Below, one piece after another: positions 31,584 through 40,083 of a DNA stretch of 64,000 bases (its first letter is position 1; every line of letters starts with the position of its first letter). Source of the stretch: Bacillota bacterium (GTDB taxonomy: Bacteria > Bacillota > Clostridia > Acetivibrionales > DTU013); NCBI GenBank assembly GCA_023411575.1, contig JAEYOP010000030.1:244926-308925 (forward strand). The letters are read 5' to 3'. The translations under genes were made by a program, and so were the position numbers. The notes below the pieces were generated by a model. That model searched no databases. It was not told the DNA's origin and saw nothing but the letters and a program-made list of their open reading frames with translations.

Positions 31584-32390
31584 ATGCCCATATATGCCGC
31601 TGCCGCTGCTGGAGCAGTGATCCTGTGCACCATGCTGATCCTGTTCGTATTCGGCAGGCTCAAGCTGCTGAACACATTGACCCTGGTATCGGTGGCACTG
31701 GCTGCACTGCTTACTGTTGCCGCGTTTCCGTTTGTTTATGACCTGCTTTCGCAATGGTTGAACGGCGGTTCGGATCCGAAACCGCTCCTTCCGGTTATCG
31801 CGCTTGCCCTGGCAGGCTGTCTTGCGCTTGCGTTCCTTCTCAGCGTTCTCTTGTCCATTGTGTTCCGCGGATTTATCAAAGCACCTGCGCAGACGGCCGC
31901 CGAGCTGTCGGAGGCGGGGGATCAGACTGCCGCGGCGGAAAATGACAATTACCTTGAGAAGATTTATGAAAAGCTGGTCCAGGAAAAAAATGGTGAAACG
32001 CCGAAAAATGAAGAAAACGGGGATCATGCCGAAAATAACTTAGAAAAATCTGTTGACAGCAGTGAAAATATTGATAAAATGGGAATAGAAAATATAGTGC
32101 AGAATAGTACAGTTATGACCATTGACGAGTGTATCGCGGAAGCCTTCACCCGAAAAGAAACGGGTGATCTGGAAGGCGCGGTGCAGCATTTTATTGAAGC
32201 GCTGGACCGGAATCCCCACAGGGAGCTTGCTTTCTGGATTGTACTGGATATATGCGTATTATATAAAGACCTTGGGCAGGTTGATCTGGCCTATGACATT
32301 CTGAACGGCTATCATGAAGCTTTCGGAGACATGATGGATGCTTCGGTCAAGACAGAGATCGAGAACAACTTGTTTGACATTCAGGCTTGA
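31584..32390 (+). CDS. Hypothetical membrane protein with acidic linker and TPR-like C-terminal region
   Basis: 268 aa. Three N-terminal hydrophobic segments, an E/N/K-rich middle, and a helical-repeat-like C-terminus (GDLEGAVQHFIEALDRNPHRELAFWIVLDICVLYKDLGQVDLAYDIL). SD aagggagg. I recognise no family beyond this. Confidence 0.55.
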   Translation: MPIYAAAAAGAVILCTMLILFVFGRLKLLNTLTLVSVALAALLTVAAFPFVYDLLSQWLNGGSDPKPLLPVIALALAGCLALAFLLSVLLSIVFRGFIKAPAQTAAELSEAGDQTAAAENDNYLEKIYEKLVQEKNGETPKNEENGDHAENNLEKSVDSSENIDKMGIENIVQNSTVMTIDECIAEAFTRKETGDLEGAVQHFIEALDRNPHRELAFWIVLDICVLYKDLGQVDLAYDILNGYHEAFGDMMDASVKTEIENNLFDIQA

Positions 32391-32432
32391 CGGACAGTTT
32401 GATCTGCATGAAATAAGGAGGGCATCTTCACT

Positions 32433-33275
32433 ATGAAAAAGACTCAAAAAATACTTGGATTACCTATAATCAGCATCTCCGATGGTCTTGAGGTCGGCAA
32501 GGTCAAGAGCATCATAATCAATGCGGACAAGGGTGCCATAGACTATATCGTTGTAGACAGCGGTATACAGATATTCAGTGCGAGAGTCATACCGACGGAG
32601 GATGTCCTGGGCATAGGCGAATATGCTCTTACCGTAGAGAATGAAGGCGTTATAACCGATATCAGCAGGATACCGGCAGCCATCCAGCTTCTCCAGAACG
32701 ACATCCGGGTAAAAGGAACGAAGGTGCTGACCAAGAAGGGCAGACTGATCGGTGAGATCGGTGATATTTATCTCGATGACAATGACAACTGCAAGATCAC
32801 CGGCCTTGAATTTATCGCCGACATCACGCAAAAGCAGATCCGGCTGATTCCCCGCGACACGGTGATTACCTTCGGCAAGAACCTGACGGTGGTAAAAGAG
32901 GACATCGAGTCTTCCCTGCTGGATACGCCGGCGCAGCTGGATACGGATTTCGGACTTTCCGATTTTGAAAAAAAAAATAGCGCTTATATAGACGACGTGG
33001 ACAGGCTTGCTTTTGCCAACCAGCAGCCGGAGCCGGTCAGCGTCGTAAATGAGGACGAGGAGGTTCCCGTTGCGGACGAGGCGGGCGACAATGCGTCCGT
33101 GCTGTTTGAACAGCGGCAGCGCCAGTACCTGAAGGGCAGATATGCCACAAAGGCCATCATCGACAGTCTGGGCAATATCATCGTGGACGAAGGCATGCAG
33201 ATCGATGACGATATCATTGACGAAGCAAAAGCCAAGGGCAAGCTGATTGAGCTTGTCATGAACAACAGGGCATAG
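32433..33275 (+). CDS. PRC-barrel domain protein (two PRC-barrel-like repeats)
   Basis: 280 aa. KILGLPIISISDGLEVGKVKSIIINADKGAIDYIVVDSG and VKGTKVLTKKGRLIGEIGDIYLDDNDNCKITGLEF resemble YlmC/YmxH-type PRC barrels. SD aaggagg. Confidence 0.6.
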   Translation: MKKTQKILGLPIISISDGLEVGKVKSIIINADKGAIDYIVVDSGIQIFSARVIPTEDVLGIGEYALTVENEGVITDISRIPAAIQLLQNDIRVKGTKVLTKKGRLIGEIGDIYLDDNDNCKITGLEFIADITQKQIRLIPRDTVITFGKNLTVVKEDIESSLLDTPAQLDTDFGLSDFEKKNSAYIDDVDRLAFANQQPEPVSVVNEDEEVPVADEAGDNASVLFEQRQRQYLKGRYATKAIIDSLGNIIVDEGMQIDDDIIDEAKAKGKLIELVMNNRA

Positions 33276-33292
33276 TTGTATGAGAAAGGGAA

Positions 33293-33325
33293 GGTATAAA
33301 GTACACAAGTGCTTTATACCTTTTT
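33293..33325 (+). terminator. Rho-independent terminator after the PRC-barrel gene
   Basis: GGTATAAAGTAC (33293-33304) pairs with GTGCTTTATACC (33309-33320). That is 12 bp with one G-U and a 4-nt loop, followed by TTTTT. Confidence 0.8.
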
Positions 33326-33363
33326 AATAAGGGCTGGAAAAATCGATAACCAAAGAAAAACAG

Positions 33364-34707
33364 ATGGAGTTGTTTTTTGTGAGTAAACGCCGCAACATGC
33401 TTCTTGTTTTTTTGCTAATAGCGGTACAGAGCGCAATTGCCGTATTTGCCGGGGTTGCGGCTTTGTATGCCGTGTCGCAGGAAACCCTTCCGTCCGGTGT
33501 AACGGCAGGGGATGTTTCCATCGGCGGCATGAGCTACCCCGAAGCGGCGAAGGCTCTGGAAAACGCCTATGCGGATCAATTCAAAACCGGCTCGATCAAG
33601 CTGGAGACCGAAAAAAAATCCTTTGAGATTCCCTATTCACAGCTTAATGCAAAAGTAGACGGCGCCGCTACCGTCGATTCCTTCAGGGCCGAGAAAAGCC
33701 TGTCCGGCATTTCGATGCTTCTCGAAGCTTATTTTGGCAAAAAGAAACCGTCTCTCACTCCCGTTGTCAACTTGAACGAGGGCAAGCTGCGGGAAGCCCT
33801 GCTTCCGATTGCCGAGAAACTGCATGAGGATCCGGTCGATGCGGAGATCATTTACAAGGACGGCACAATCGAGAAAAAGTCGGAGATCGACGGCGTTGCG
33901 CTGAACGTTTCCAACGCGGCGGCGCTGATTCTGAAGCAGGCTGCGGAAAACCCGTGGCAGCCCATCCGGCTGGACCGTTCCCATAATTTTGAATTGCAGC
34001 CGGTTCAAGCCGAATACCGGCTTAAGGATTACGAAGAAATCGAACAGGTACTGGCTTCCTATTCGACGAAAATCGTGGAGGAAGAGCTTATGGACAGCAT
34101 AAGCCTGGCGGTGGACAGCATAAACGGCATCGTCCTTCCGGCCACCGTCAACAAGGCGGATGCCGAGCCCTTTTCCTTTGTGGAATGGCTTATGAAAGAA
34201 AATGCGGATTTTGAAAACGACAACGAAGGGTACGACCAGGTCGCCTCCACTCTGTACGCCGCGCTTCTGACCGCCGGCGTGCCGTACGACTCCATAACGC
34301 GGCTGCGCCACACGATGACGGCGGACTATATTGATCCGGGCCTTGACGCATGGATATCGGGGAGCGCGGGGGATTTGAAGTTCATCAATCCTTTCAGCCA
34401 CAAGCTGGCCATTTTCGCGCTGATCGAGGGCAACCGGGTCAAGGTGGTGGTTGCCGGAGACGCGAGGGATCGGAAGGAAAACAGCGAAATTACGACGGAA
34501 ATTACCCAGAGAATTGAACCGCCGGTGTACAATGTGGAAAACGACAGCCTCAAGCCGGGCGAAAAAGTGGTCTTGAACCCGGGAAGAGAAGGGGTCGTGG
34601 TCAATGTGCTCCAGGGCGGGAAAGTGGTCAATACGGACGAATATGAGGCCGAGAAGGCCATTGTTCAAATAGGGCCCGGCACCGAATGGAAAAAGGACGG
34701 AAAATAA
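33364..34707 (+). CDS. VanW-family protein with C-terminal G5 domain
   Basis: 447 aa. N-terminal TM, a peptidoglycan-binding-like region (VSIGGMSYPEAAKALENAY), a VanW-like core (YDQVASTLYAALLTAGVPY) and a G5-like end (SLKPGEKVVLNPGREGVVVNVLQGGKVVNTDEYEAEKAIVQIGPG). An alternative start is the GTG at 33379, with GGAG 8 nt upstream. Confidence 0.7.
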   Translation: MELFFVSKRRNMLLVFLLIAVQSAIAVFAGVAALYAVSQETLPSGVTAGDVSIGGMSYPEAAKALENAYADQFKTGSIKLETEKKSFEIPYSQLNAKVDGAATVDSFRAEKSLSGISMLLEAYFGKKKPSLTPVVNLNEGKLREALLPIAEKLHEDPVDAEIIYKDGTIEKKSEIDGVALNVSNAAALILKQAAENPWQPIRLDRSHNFELQPVQAEYRLKDYEEIEQVLASYSTKIVEEELMDSISLAVDSINGIVLPATVNKADAEPFSFVEWLMKENADFENDNEGYDQVASTLYAALLTAGVPYDSITRLRHTMTADYIDPGLDAWISGSAGDLKFINPFSHKLAIFALIEGNRVKVVVAGDARDRKENSEITTEITQRIEPPVYNVENDSLKPGEKVVLNPGREGVVVNVLQGGKVVNTDEYEAEKAIVQIGPGTEWKKDGK

Positions 34708-35334
34708 TCAAAAATACTGCCGGAGCATTTCCAGCGCCTTATATTCCATGATCTTCTCTCCATACTCATTCAGATATCCTTCGAAAAAGCTTATATTCCC
34801 CACCTTTGTCCCGTATTCGTTCAGGGTCAGCTCGAACAGCTTGGCATTGGTGGCGGTCAGTCCGCTTCTCGAGAGCACGAGATAATAGGTATCCTTGCAC
34901 CGGTAAAGGGTGGTGTCGCCGATGTAAAGGCCGTCCAGCTTTCTGGCAAGGCTGCAGACATCGTCGATATCGCGGAAGGAATAAATAAAAAGAGAAGAGC
35001 AGACCTTGCGGCTCTTTTTCTTCACCCGCAGGTCGCTTTTTTTCATTTTGCTCTTGATGTATTTCTGGATGGACTCAAAATCGCCGTCTTCATCCACCTT
35101 GGTGATGGTGATGATAAATCCTTCGCTGGTATCCGGCAGGGGCTCGATGATCAACTGGGAATCGGACAGGCTGAAGCCGAGCTGCTCCTCGGCCTGCTCC
35201 ATCATGTCCCAGAAAAACTCCTGGGCGGCCGGGGTGTTGTAATTCAGCGTATTCAGATCGATGTTCCTCTCCTCCAGATCGTTGAGAGAAATGGTCACCT
35301 TTATAATATTTTCGCTTATTTTTTCTATTTTCAT
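34708..35334 (-). CDS. mecA: Adaptor protein MecA
   Basis: 208 aa. MKIEKISENIIKVTISLNDLEERNIDLNTLNYNTPAAQEFFWDMMEQAEEQLGF is the typical MecA N-terminus. Its stop codon directly abuts the VanW stop codon (convergent genes, 0 nt gap). Confidence 0.88.
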   Translation of the reverse strand: MKIEKISENIIKVTISLNDLEERNIDLNTLNYNTPAAQEFFWDMMEQAEEQLGFSLSDSQLIIEPLPDTSEGFIITITKVDEDGDFESIQKYIKSKMKKSDLRVKKKSRKVCSSLFIYSFRDIDDVCSLARKLDGLYIGDTTLYRCKDTYYLVLSRSGLTATNAKLFELTLNEYGTKVGNISFFEGYLNEYGEKIMEYKALEMLRQYF

Positions 35335-35481
35335 ATGCTCACCGGGTTCGTTCCGTTACTCCGTTTATATTGTTTTCCAGTAATATAATATTATTATACT
35401 TCTTTATCGGTTAAAAGAGAAGCCTATTTTAACATCATTGGAGCTGGCCATTCCTGGATGCCGTTCCGGAATGCGCGGTCC

Positions 35482-36834
35482 CTATTTGGGTCTGCGGATA
35501 TACAGCAGCACGGAGAGGCCTATAAAGTACGCCACAAGCCCAAGCATCGTATAAAGGTACATTATGGGGGCATGTGTAACAAAGCCGACCACGGGAACGT
35601 TCAGCAGGAGCATGAGGGGGAAGCCCACGAAAAGGCCCGCGCCGCTGCCGAGAACGAGGTTTTTGGTTGCCGAGGATTCGAACCGGGGATCGATCTCTTT
35701 AACAAGGGCAAGGCCCGTTGAGACGATTCCCGTGAGGTTGCCGTACAAAGCCAGCATGTTTTCCAGCACATCCGTCTTGTAAATCCGCTTGCAGACAAAG
35801 ACAATGTAGAATACGGTGATAATGCCGCCCAGCGTGCAGATGATGAGGGTGGGCAGCAGATATTGCTTCAGGATGGAAATGGATATCGCGGCGATGGAAG
35901 CGGTGATCATGAAATCAAACGCGCCGCCGGCTATTCTTTCCAGCAGGAAGTCGCTGGTATATTCCCGGACGATGACTTTTTTCCTTCTCAGCAGGTCATA
36001 AATAAAACGGAACAGGATGGCAAGAAGGGAGGCGACGATGAAGCTGAAGCCCCACAGCATGGTGGATAGGGTCTGGCCAAAGGTCCCCATGGTGCCCAGG
36101 ACGGTGGTAAGCCCCCTCAATACCAGATAGGTCGCCAGGTAGATGATTCCGATGGTGAACAACTGGATCGTGAAGCCGTCGACGGATTCGGCGTCTCCGA
36201 TATCCTCCTTGTGGATTGCCTTGTCCGGCACAAAATTCTTGTCGCGCAGGTGGGAGGGCTTGATTTTCTGTTTCCGGATGAGGTAGTTCATCAGCGGGAT
36301 TCCGCCGATGCATGCCCAGAGCAGGCCCATCGCGGCGACGGACAGGCCGATGTTGCCTCCGTTGACGAAGCCCAGCGCTTCCCAGGACCTGCCCATGGAA
36401 TAGGCCTGGGCCGAACCCTGGCCGAAGCCCAGGGGCAGGAGCATGCCGAATACGGGGAACAGGTCCGGGAAGAAGGTATAGGCCAGGAAGAGGGACAGCC
36501 CGAAACCGATGATTCCCTGCAGCACATAGCCGTTTACGATAAAGATCCCCGTATTTACAATATCCCGGTTCTTTTCGGTGTTTCGCTCCTTTAAGGCAAG
36601 GGAAATGAACCCGACGGACATCAGGTGGTACAGGATGTTGCCCATGTGTTCCGCGCTGAACGGCGTCAGATTCAGGAACTGCGGGCCCAGGACGAGGCCG
36701 ATGAACCCCGCTATGATCGCATTGGGTATAAAGAACCGTCCAAAAAACTTGAAGCTTCTTTTCAGATAGGTTGCCAGACCCATGAATAATGAGAGCATTA
36801 AGATATCCCAGATGTAAGACCAGCCTGAACTCAT
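35482..36834 (-). CDS. Sodium:solute symporter of the GltS (glutamate:Na+) family, divergent
   Basis: 450 aa from the ATG at 36834 (SD aagggggga). It is polytopic. FFIPNAIIAGFIGLVLGP and PLGFGQGSAQAYSMGRSWE parallel the GltS blocks IPEPVAGG and SGGHGTGAAW. The start overlaps the upstream stop (ATGA). Confidence 0.6.
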   Translation of the reverse strand: MSSGWSYIWDILMLSLFMGLATYLKRSFKFFGRFFIPNAIIAGFIGLVLGPQFLNLTPFSAEHMGNILYHLMSVGFISLALKERNTEKNRDIVNTGIFIVNGYVLQGIIGFGLSLFLAYTFFPDLFPVFGMLLPLGFGQGSAQAYSMGRSWEALGFVNGGNIGLSVAAMGLLWACIGGIPLMNYLIRKQKIKPSHLRDKNFVPDKAIHKEDIGDAESVDGFTIQLFTIGIIYLATYLVLRGLTTVLGTMGTFGQTLSTMLWGFSFIVASLLAILFRFIYDLLRRKKVIVREYTSDFLLERIAGGAFDFMITASIAAISISILKQYLLPTLIICTLGGIITVFYIVFVCKRIYKTDVLENMLALYGNLTGIVSTGLALVKEIDPRFESSATKNLVLGSGAGLFVGFPLMLLLNVPVVGFVTHAPIMYLYTMLGLVAYFIGLSVLLYIRRPK

Positions 36835-38045
36835 GTCCGTTTCCCCCCTTGGTGTTTTTTCAAAAATCCGATTGCCATGACCCATTTATAGGCCGAAAAA
36901 TCCCCATTTTTCCTGCTGAACCGGTACAGGATACCGTCCTCTATAATTTCCAACTGGTTGTTGAATTGAATATTCTCTCCAATTATATCATGCAAATGAA
37001 ATCGGTGCAGTACATTGCCGGCAAGGCTGTATTCGATCCTGCCGGGATAAAGGGTCAGGATTCCGCCCTCCTCCTCCGTTTTCAACGTCCCGGTTTTTTG
37101 CCCCGTCCGCAGGACGATTTCCCTGTCGGCCAGCAGCGGTTCACCGCGTTCGGAGGAAATCCGTGCTGCAGCGAGCGCCTCAAGTTGTTCCAACTGCCAC
37201 AAGTTCCAATCCCGTGCATTGTCAAAATGAAGTTTGGCCCCGTCCGTCTCCAAAAAGCCGTAGGAATTGTACACCGCATCATAGGAGCAGTTTCCGCACC
37301 GCAAATGGCTGCCGTTGGATTTCAGACCTCCTATGGCTCCGCATTCGGGGCAGGTAAAGAGGAAAAGCTCCAGCTTCTCCGCCGGACGGCGGCCTTTGTA
37401 GGGGATCATCCGGCTGCGCTGGTAATCCGTTTCGTCATGGGCCAGGCTTTCGGAAATGGCACGGTATATTTCGTCGGCGGTCAGGCCTGCGATGTCCTGG
37501 GACTCCAAAACCCGGGAAAGCGTCATGGTCAGCCCGCCCTTCCGCGTTGAGGCCGCCCACCGGGGCATGGAAAGACAGGCGCCCTGGAATACCACTGATA
37601 CTACGGGGATTTTCAGGGCTTTGATCAGCTTGGCGGTGGCGTAGAGAAGGGGCAGCGTCCTGCCGTCCCAGTTTCTCCGGCCTTCGGGGAATATGCCCAC
37701 GATGCCGTCGCTTTTGACCACTTCCAGGATTCCCCGTATGGACTGGGGGTCCGCCACGTTTTTCGTCTTCGGAATGGCCCCCACAAGCTTCAGGAGTTGC
37801 TTGAGCACCGGGCTCCGGAAATAGGCGTCCGAGGTGATGAAGTAAACGGGGTCCGGAAAGCACATGGAAAGAAGGAAGGGGTCCCAGAAATTCGTGTGGT
37901 TGGCAAGGACGATATAAGGCGGTTTAAGGCCTGCCAGCTTTCCGTTCTCGATCTTGTAGCCGAACAGGAGCTTCATGTAACCGCCCAGCGTGAGTTTCAG
38001 AAATTTATTGAACAGCTTGCCCGCTCTGTATTTTCTCAATTTCAT
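36831..38045 (-). CDS. PlsC-family acyltransferase with C-terminal zinc-ribbon-containing extension
   Basis: 404 aa from the ATG at 38045 (GGAG 9 nt upstream). HX4D motif (LANHTNFWD) and FPEGRR block (GIFPEGRRNWDG). A roughly 200-aa C-terminal half carries CPECG-x15-CGNC. Confidence 0.7.
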   Translation of the reverse strand: MKLRKYRAGKLFNKFLKLTLGGYMKLLFGYKIENGKLAGLKPPYIVLANHTNFWDPFLLSMCFPDPVYFITSDAYFRSPVLKQLLKLVGAIPKTKNVADPQSIRGILEVVKSDGIVGIFPEGRRNWDGRTLPLLYATAKLIKALKIPVVSVVFQGACLSMPRWAASTRKGGLTMTLSRVLESQDIAGLTADEIYRAISESLAHDETDYQRSRMIPYKGRRPAEKLELFLFTCPECGAIGGLKSNGSHLRCGNCSYDAVYNSYGFLETDGAKLHFDNARDWNLWQLEQLEALAAARISSERGEPLLADREIVLRTGQKTGTLKTEEEGGILTLYPGRIEYSLAGNVLHRFHLHDIIGENIQFNNQLEIIEDGILYRFSRKNGDFSAYKWVMAIGFLKKHQGGKRT

Positions 38046-38155
38046 GCTTCGATGCTCCGTTGCTCCCGGGGTTTTTCGCAGAACAACTTTTATAATGGAA
38101 TTCATTTTATCACAAGCCCGGGGAAACATCCATCCTTATCTAAAAATTAACACGA

Positions 38156-38184
38156 TTGCTTTTGGGGTCCGGCTGGTGTAAAAT
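38156..38184 (+). promoter_or_regulatory. Candidate sigma-A promoter of pyk
   Basis: TTGCTT (38156-38161), 17-nt spacer, TAAAAT (38179-38184), about 120 nt upstream of the pyk ATG. Confidence 0.5.
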
Positions 38185-38218
38185 CAAAGAATATGGATCA
38201 GTTACGGCGCATCGTAGC

Positions 38219-38253
38219 GCAAGCCGGCGGCTTCGTCGGTCTTGTGCTTTTTT
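38219..38253 (+). terminator. Terminator-like hairpin plus U-tract inside the pyk 5' leader (possible attenuator)
   Basis: GCAAG-CCGGCG-gctt-CGTCGG-tCTTGtGC (38219-38247) followed by TTTTTT (38248-38253). It is enclosed by a further 7-bp complement, GCGCATC (38207-38213) / GATGCGC (38254-38260). Confidence 0.45.
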
Positions 38254-38303
38254 GATGCGCAGGGCGCCCTGGCAAGCGGGGCGAAGGCTTTAGGAGGAAA
38301 ATC

Positions 38304-40055
38304 ATGAGAAAAACGAAAATCATCTGTACGTTGGGACCTTCTGTTGACAATGAAGATATATTGCGCAAATTAATGCTTCTGGGCATGGATGTCGCCCGCA
38401 TCAACTTCTCCCATGGGACCCACGAAGAGCATAAGAAGAGGGTGGAGACCTTCAAAAGGGTGAGGGACAGCCTGAAACTCCCCATACCGCTGCTCCTGGA
38501 CACCAAAGGGCCGGAGATCCGGACCGGAAAATTCGAGACCGGTGAAGTCCTGCTGAAGGAAGGGGACACCATTACCCTTGTCAATGAGGACATCGTCGGA
38601 AACTGCCACAGGGCCACCGTTACTTACAAAGAGCTGTATAAGGACGTAAAAAAGGGAGGGCGGATCCTGATCAACGACGGGCTGGTGGAGCTCGAGGTCT
38701 GCGGCATTGAGGGCACCGACATCACCTGCCGGGTTCTCAACGGCGGCGTCATCGGCAACAACAAGGGGATCAACGTTCCCAATGTGGAGATCCATCTGCC
38801 GTCGATCACGGAAAAGGATGTTGCGGACATCGTCTTCGGAATCGAAAATGAATTTGACTTTATCGCCGCCTCCTTTGTGCGCAAGGCCTCCGATGTGATC
38901 GAGATCAAGAAGGTGCTGGAAAAGCATGGCGGGCACGGAATAAAGGTCATTGCCAAGATTGAGAACCGGGAAGGCATAAAGAATTTTGACGAAATCATCA
39001 AGGTGTCGGACGGGATCATGGTGGCCAGGGGCGACCTGGGCGTGGAGATCCCCGTGCAGGAAGTTCCGGTGGTCCAGAAGCAGCTGATCGAGAAGTGCTA
39101 CCGGAACGGCAAGCCGGTCATTACGGCCACCCAGATGCTGGACTCGATGATCCGCAATCCCAGGCCCACCAGGGCCGAGGCCAGCGACGTGGCAAACGCC
39201 ATCTATGACGGAACCAGCGTCATCATGCTTTCCGGGGAAACGGCGGCGGGGAAGTATCCCCTGGAAACCCTCGAAATGATGTGCAGGATAGCGGAGACGG
39301 CGGAGAATTCCATGGATTACTGGAAAAGGTTCTCCTCCATGCAGTACGACATGATGGCCAGCGTGACCAACGCCATCAGCCATGCGACCTGTACGACGGC
39401 GCAGGACCTGAATGCTTCCGCCATCATCACGGTCACCCAGTCCGGCCATACCGCCCGGATGATCTCGCGGTTCCGGCCGGCATGTCCCATTATCGCAACC
39501 ACCACCGATTCGCGGGTGCTGCGGCAGCTGTCGCTTTCCTGGGGCGTCCTGCCGTATCTTGTCAAGGAAGCTTCGTCTACGGACGAAATGTTCGACATGG
39601 GGGTGGAAAAGGCGCTGGAATCGGGACATGTGAAAAGCGGGGAACTGGTCGTGATTACGGCCGGCGTGCCGATCGGCGTAAGCGGGACGACCAATATCCT
39701 GAAGGTGCATATCGTTGGGAAGGTGCTTGCACAGGGAATGGGCACCGGGACGGGTTCCATAACCGGCGAGCTCTGCGTGGCGCGGAGCGTCGTGGAAGCA
39801 AAGGAGAAGTTTACGGAAGGGTCCATATTGGTCGTGCCCTATACCAACAACGAGATGCTTCCCATTATGAAAATGGCCTCCGCCCTGATCGTGGAGGAGC
39901 CAGGAATAGCTTCCCATGCGGCCATTGTCGGCCTGACCCTGGAAATTCCGGTGGTGGTCGGGGCCGCGAACGCCACCCATATTCTGAAAACCGGCTCCGT
40001 GGTGACGGTGGATGCCGACAGGGGCCTGGTCTTTTACGGGACGACGAAAAGCTGA
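38304..40055 (+). CDS. pyk: Pyruvate kinase with C-terminal PEP-utilizer (swivel) domain
   Basis: 583 aa. MRKTKIICTLGPS.., MVARGDLGVEIP, and a C-terminal extension GSILVVPYTNNEMLPIMKMASALIVEEPGIASHAAIVGLTLEIPVVVG. SD aggagg. Confidence 0.96.
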   Translation: MRKTKIICTLGPSVDNEDILRKLMLLGMDVARINFSHGTHEEHKKRVETFKRVRDSLKLPIPLLLDTKGPEIRTGKFETGEVLLKEGDTITLVNEDIVGNCHRATVTYKELYKDVKKGGRILINDGLVELEVCGIEGTDITCRVLNGGVIGNNKGINVPNVEIHLPSITEKDVADIVFGIENEFDFIAASFVRKASDVIEIKKVLEKHGGHGIKVIAKIENREGIKNFDEIIKVSDGIMVARGDLGVEIPVQEVPVVQKQLIEKCYRNGKPVITATQMLDSMIRNPRPTRAEASDVANAIYDGTSVIMLSGETAAGKYPLETLEMMCRIAETAENSMDYWKRFSSMQYDMMASVTNAISHATCTTAQDLNASAIITVTQSGHTARMISRFRPACPIIATTTDSRVLRQLSLSWGVLPYLVKEASSTDEMFDMGVEKALESGHVKSGELVVITAGVPIGVSGTTNILKVHIVGKVLAQGMGTGTGSITGELCVARSVVEAKEKFTEGSILVVPYTNNEMLPIMKMASALIVEEPGIASHAAIVGLTLEIPVVVGAANATHILKTGSVVTVDADRGLVFYGTTKS

Positions 40056-40057
40056 AG

Positions 40058-40080
40058 GCGGGGGCGATATCCGCCCCCGC
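40058..40080. terminator. GC-rich hairpin between convergent pyk and potD (possible bidirectional terminator, no U-tracts)
   Basis: GCGGGGGCG (40058-40066), loop atatc, CGCCCCCGC (40072-40080). It exactly fills the 28-nt gap between the two stop codons. Confidence 0.45.
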
Positions 40081-40083
40081 GGA

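Noticed and set aside
35660-35690. tRNA-like T-arm motif (reverse complement reads GGTTCGAATCC)
   Set aside because: It is embedded in the GltS-family CDS (encoding ..RFESSATK..). No acceptor, D-arm or anticodon-arm complementarity surrounds it. It is a chance match.
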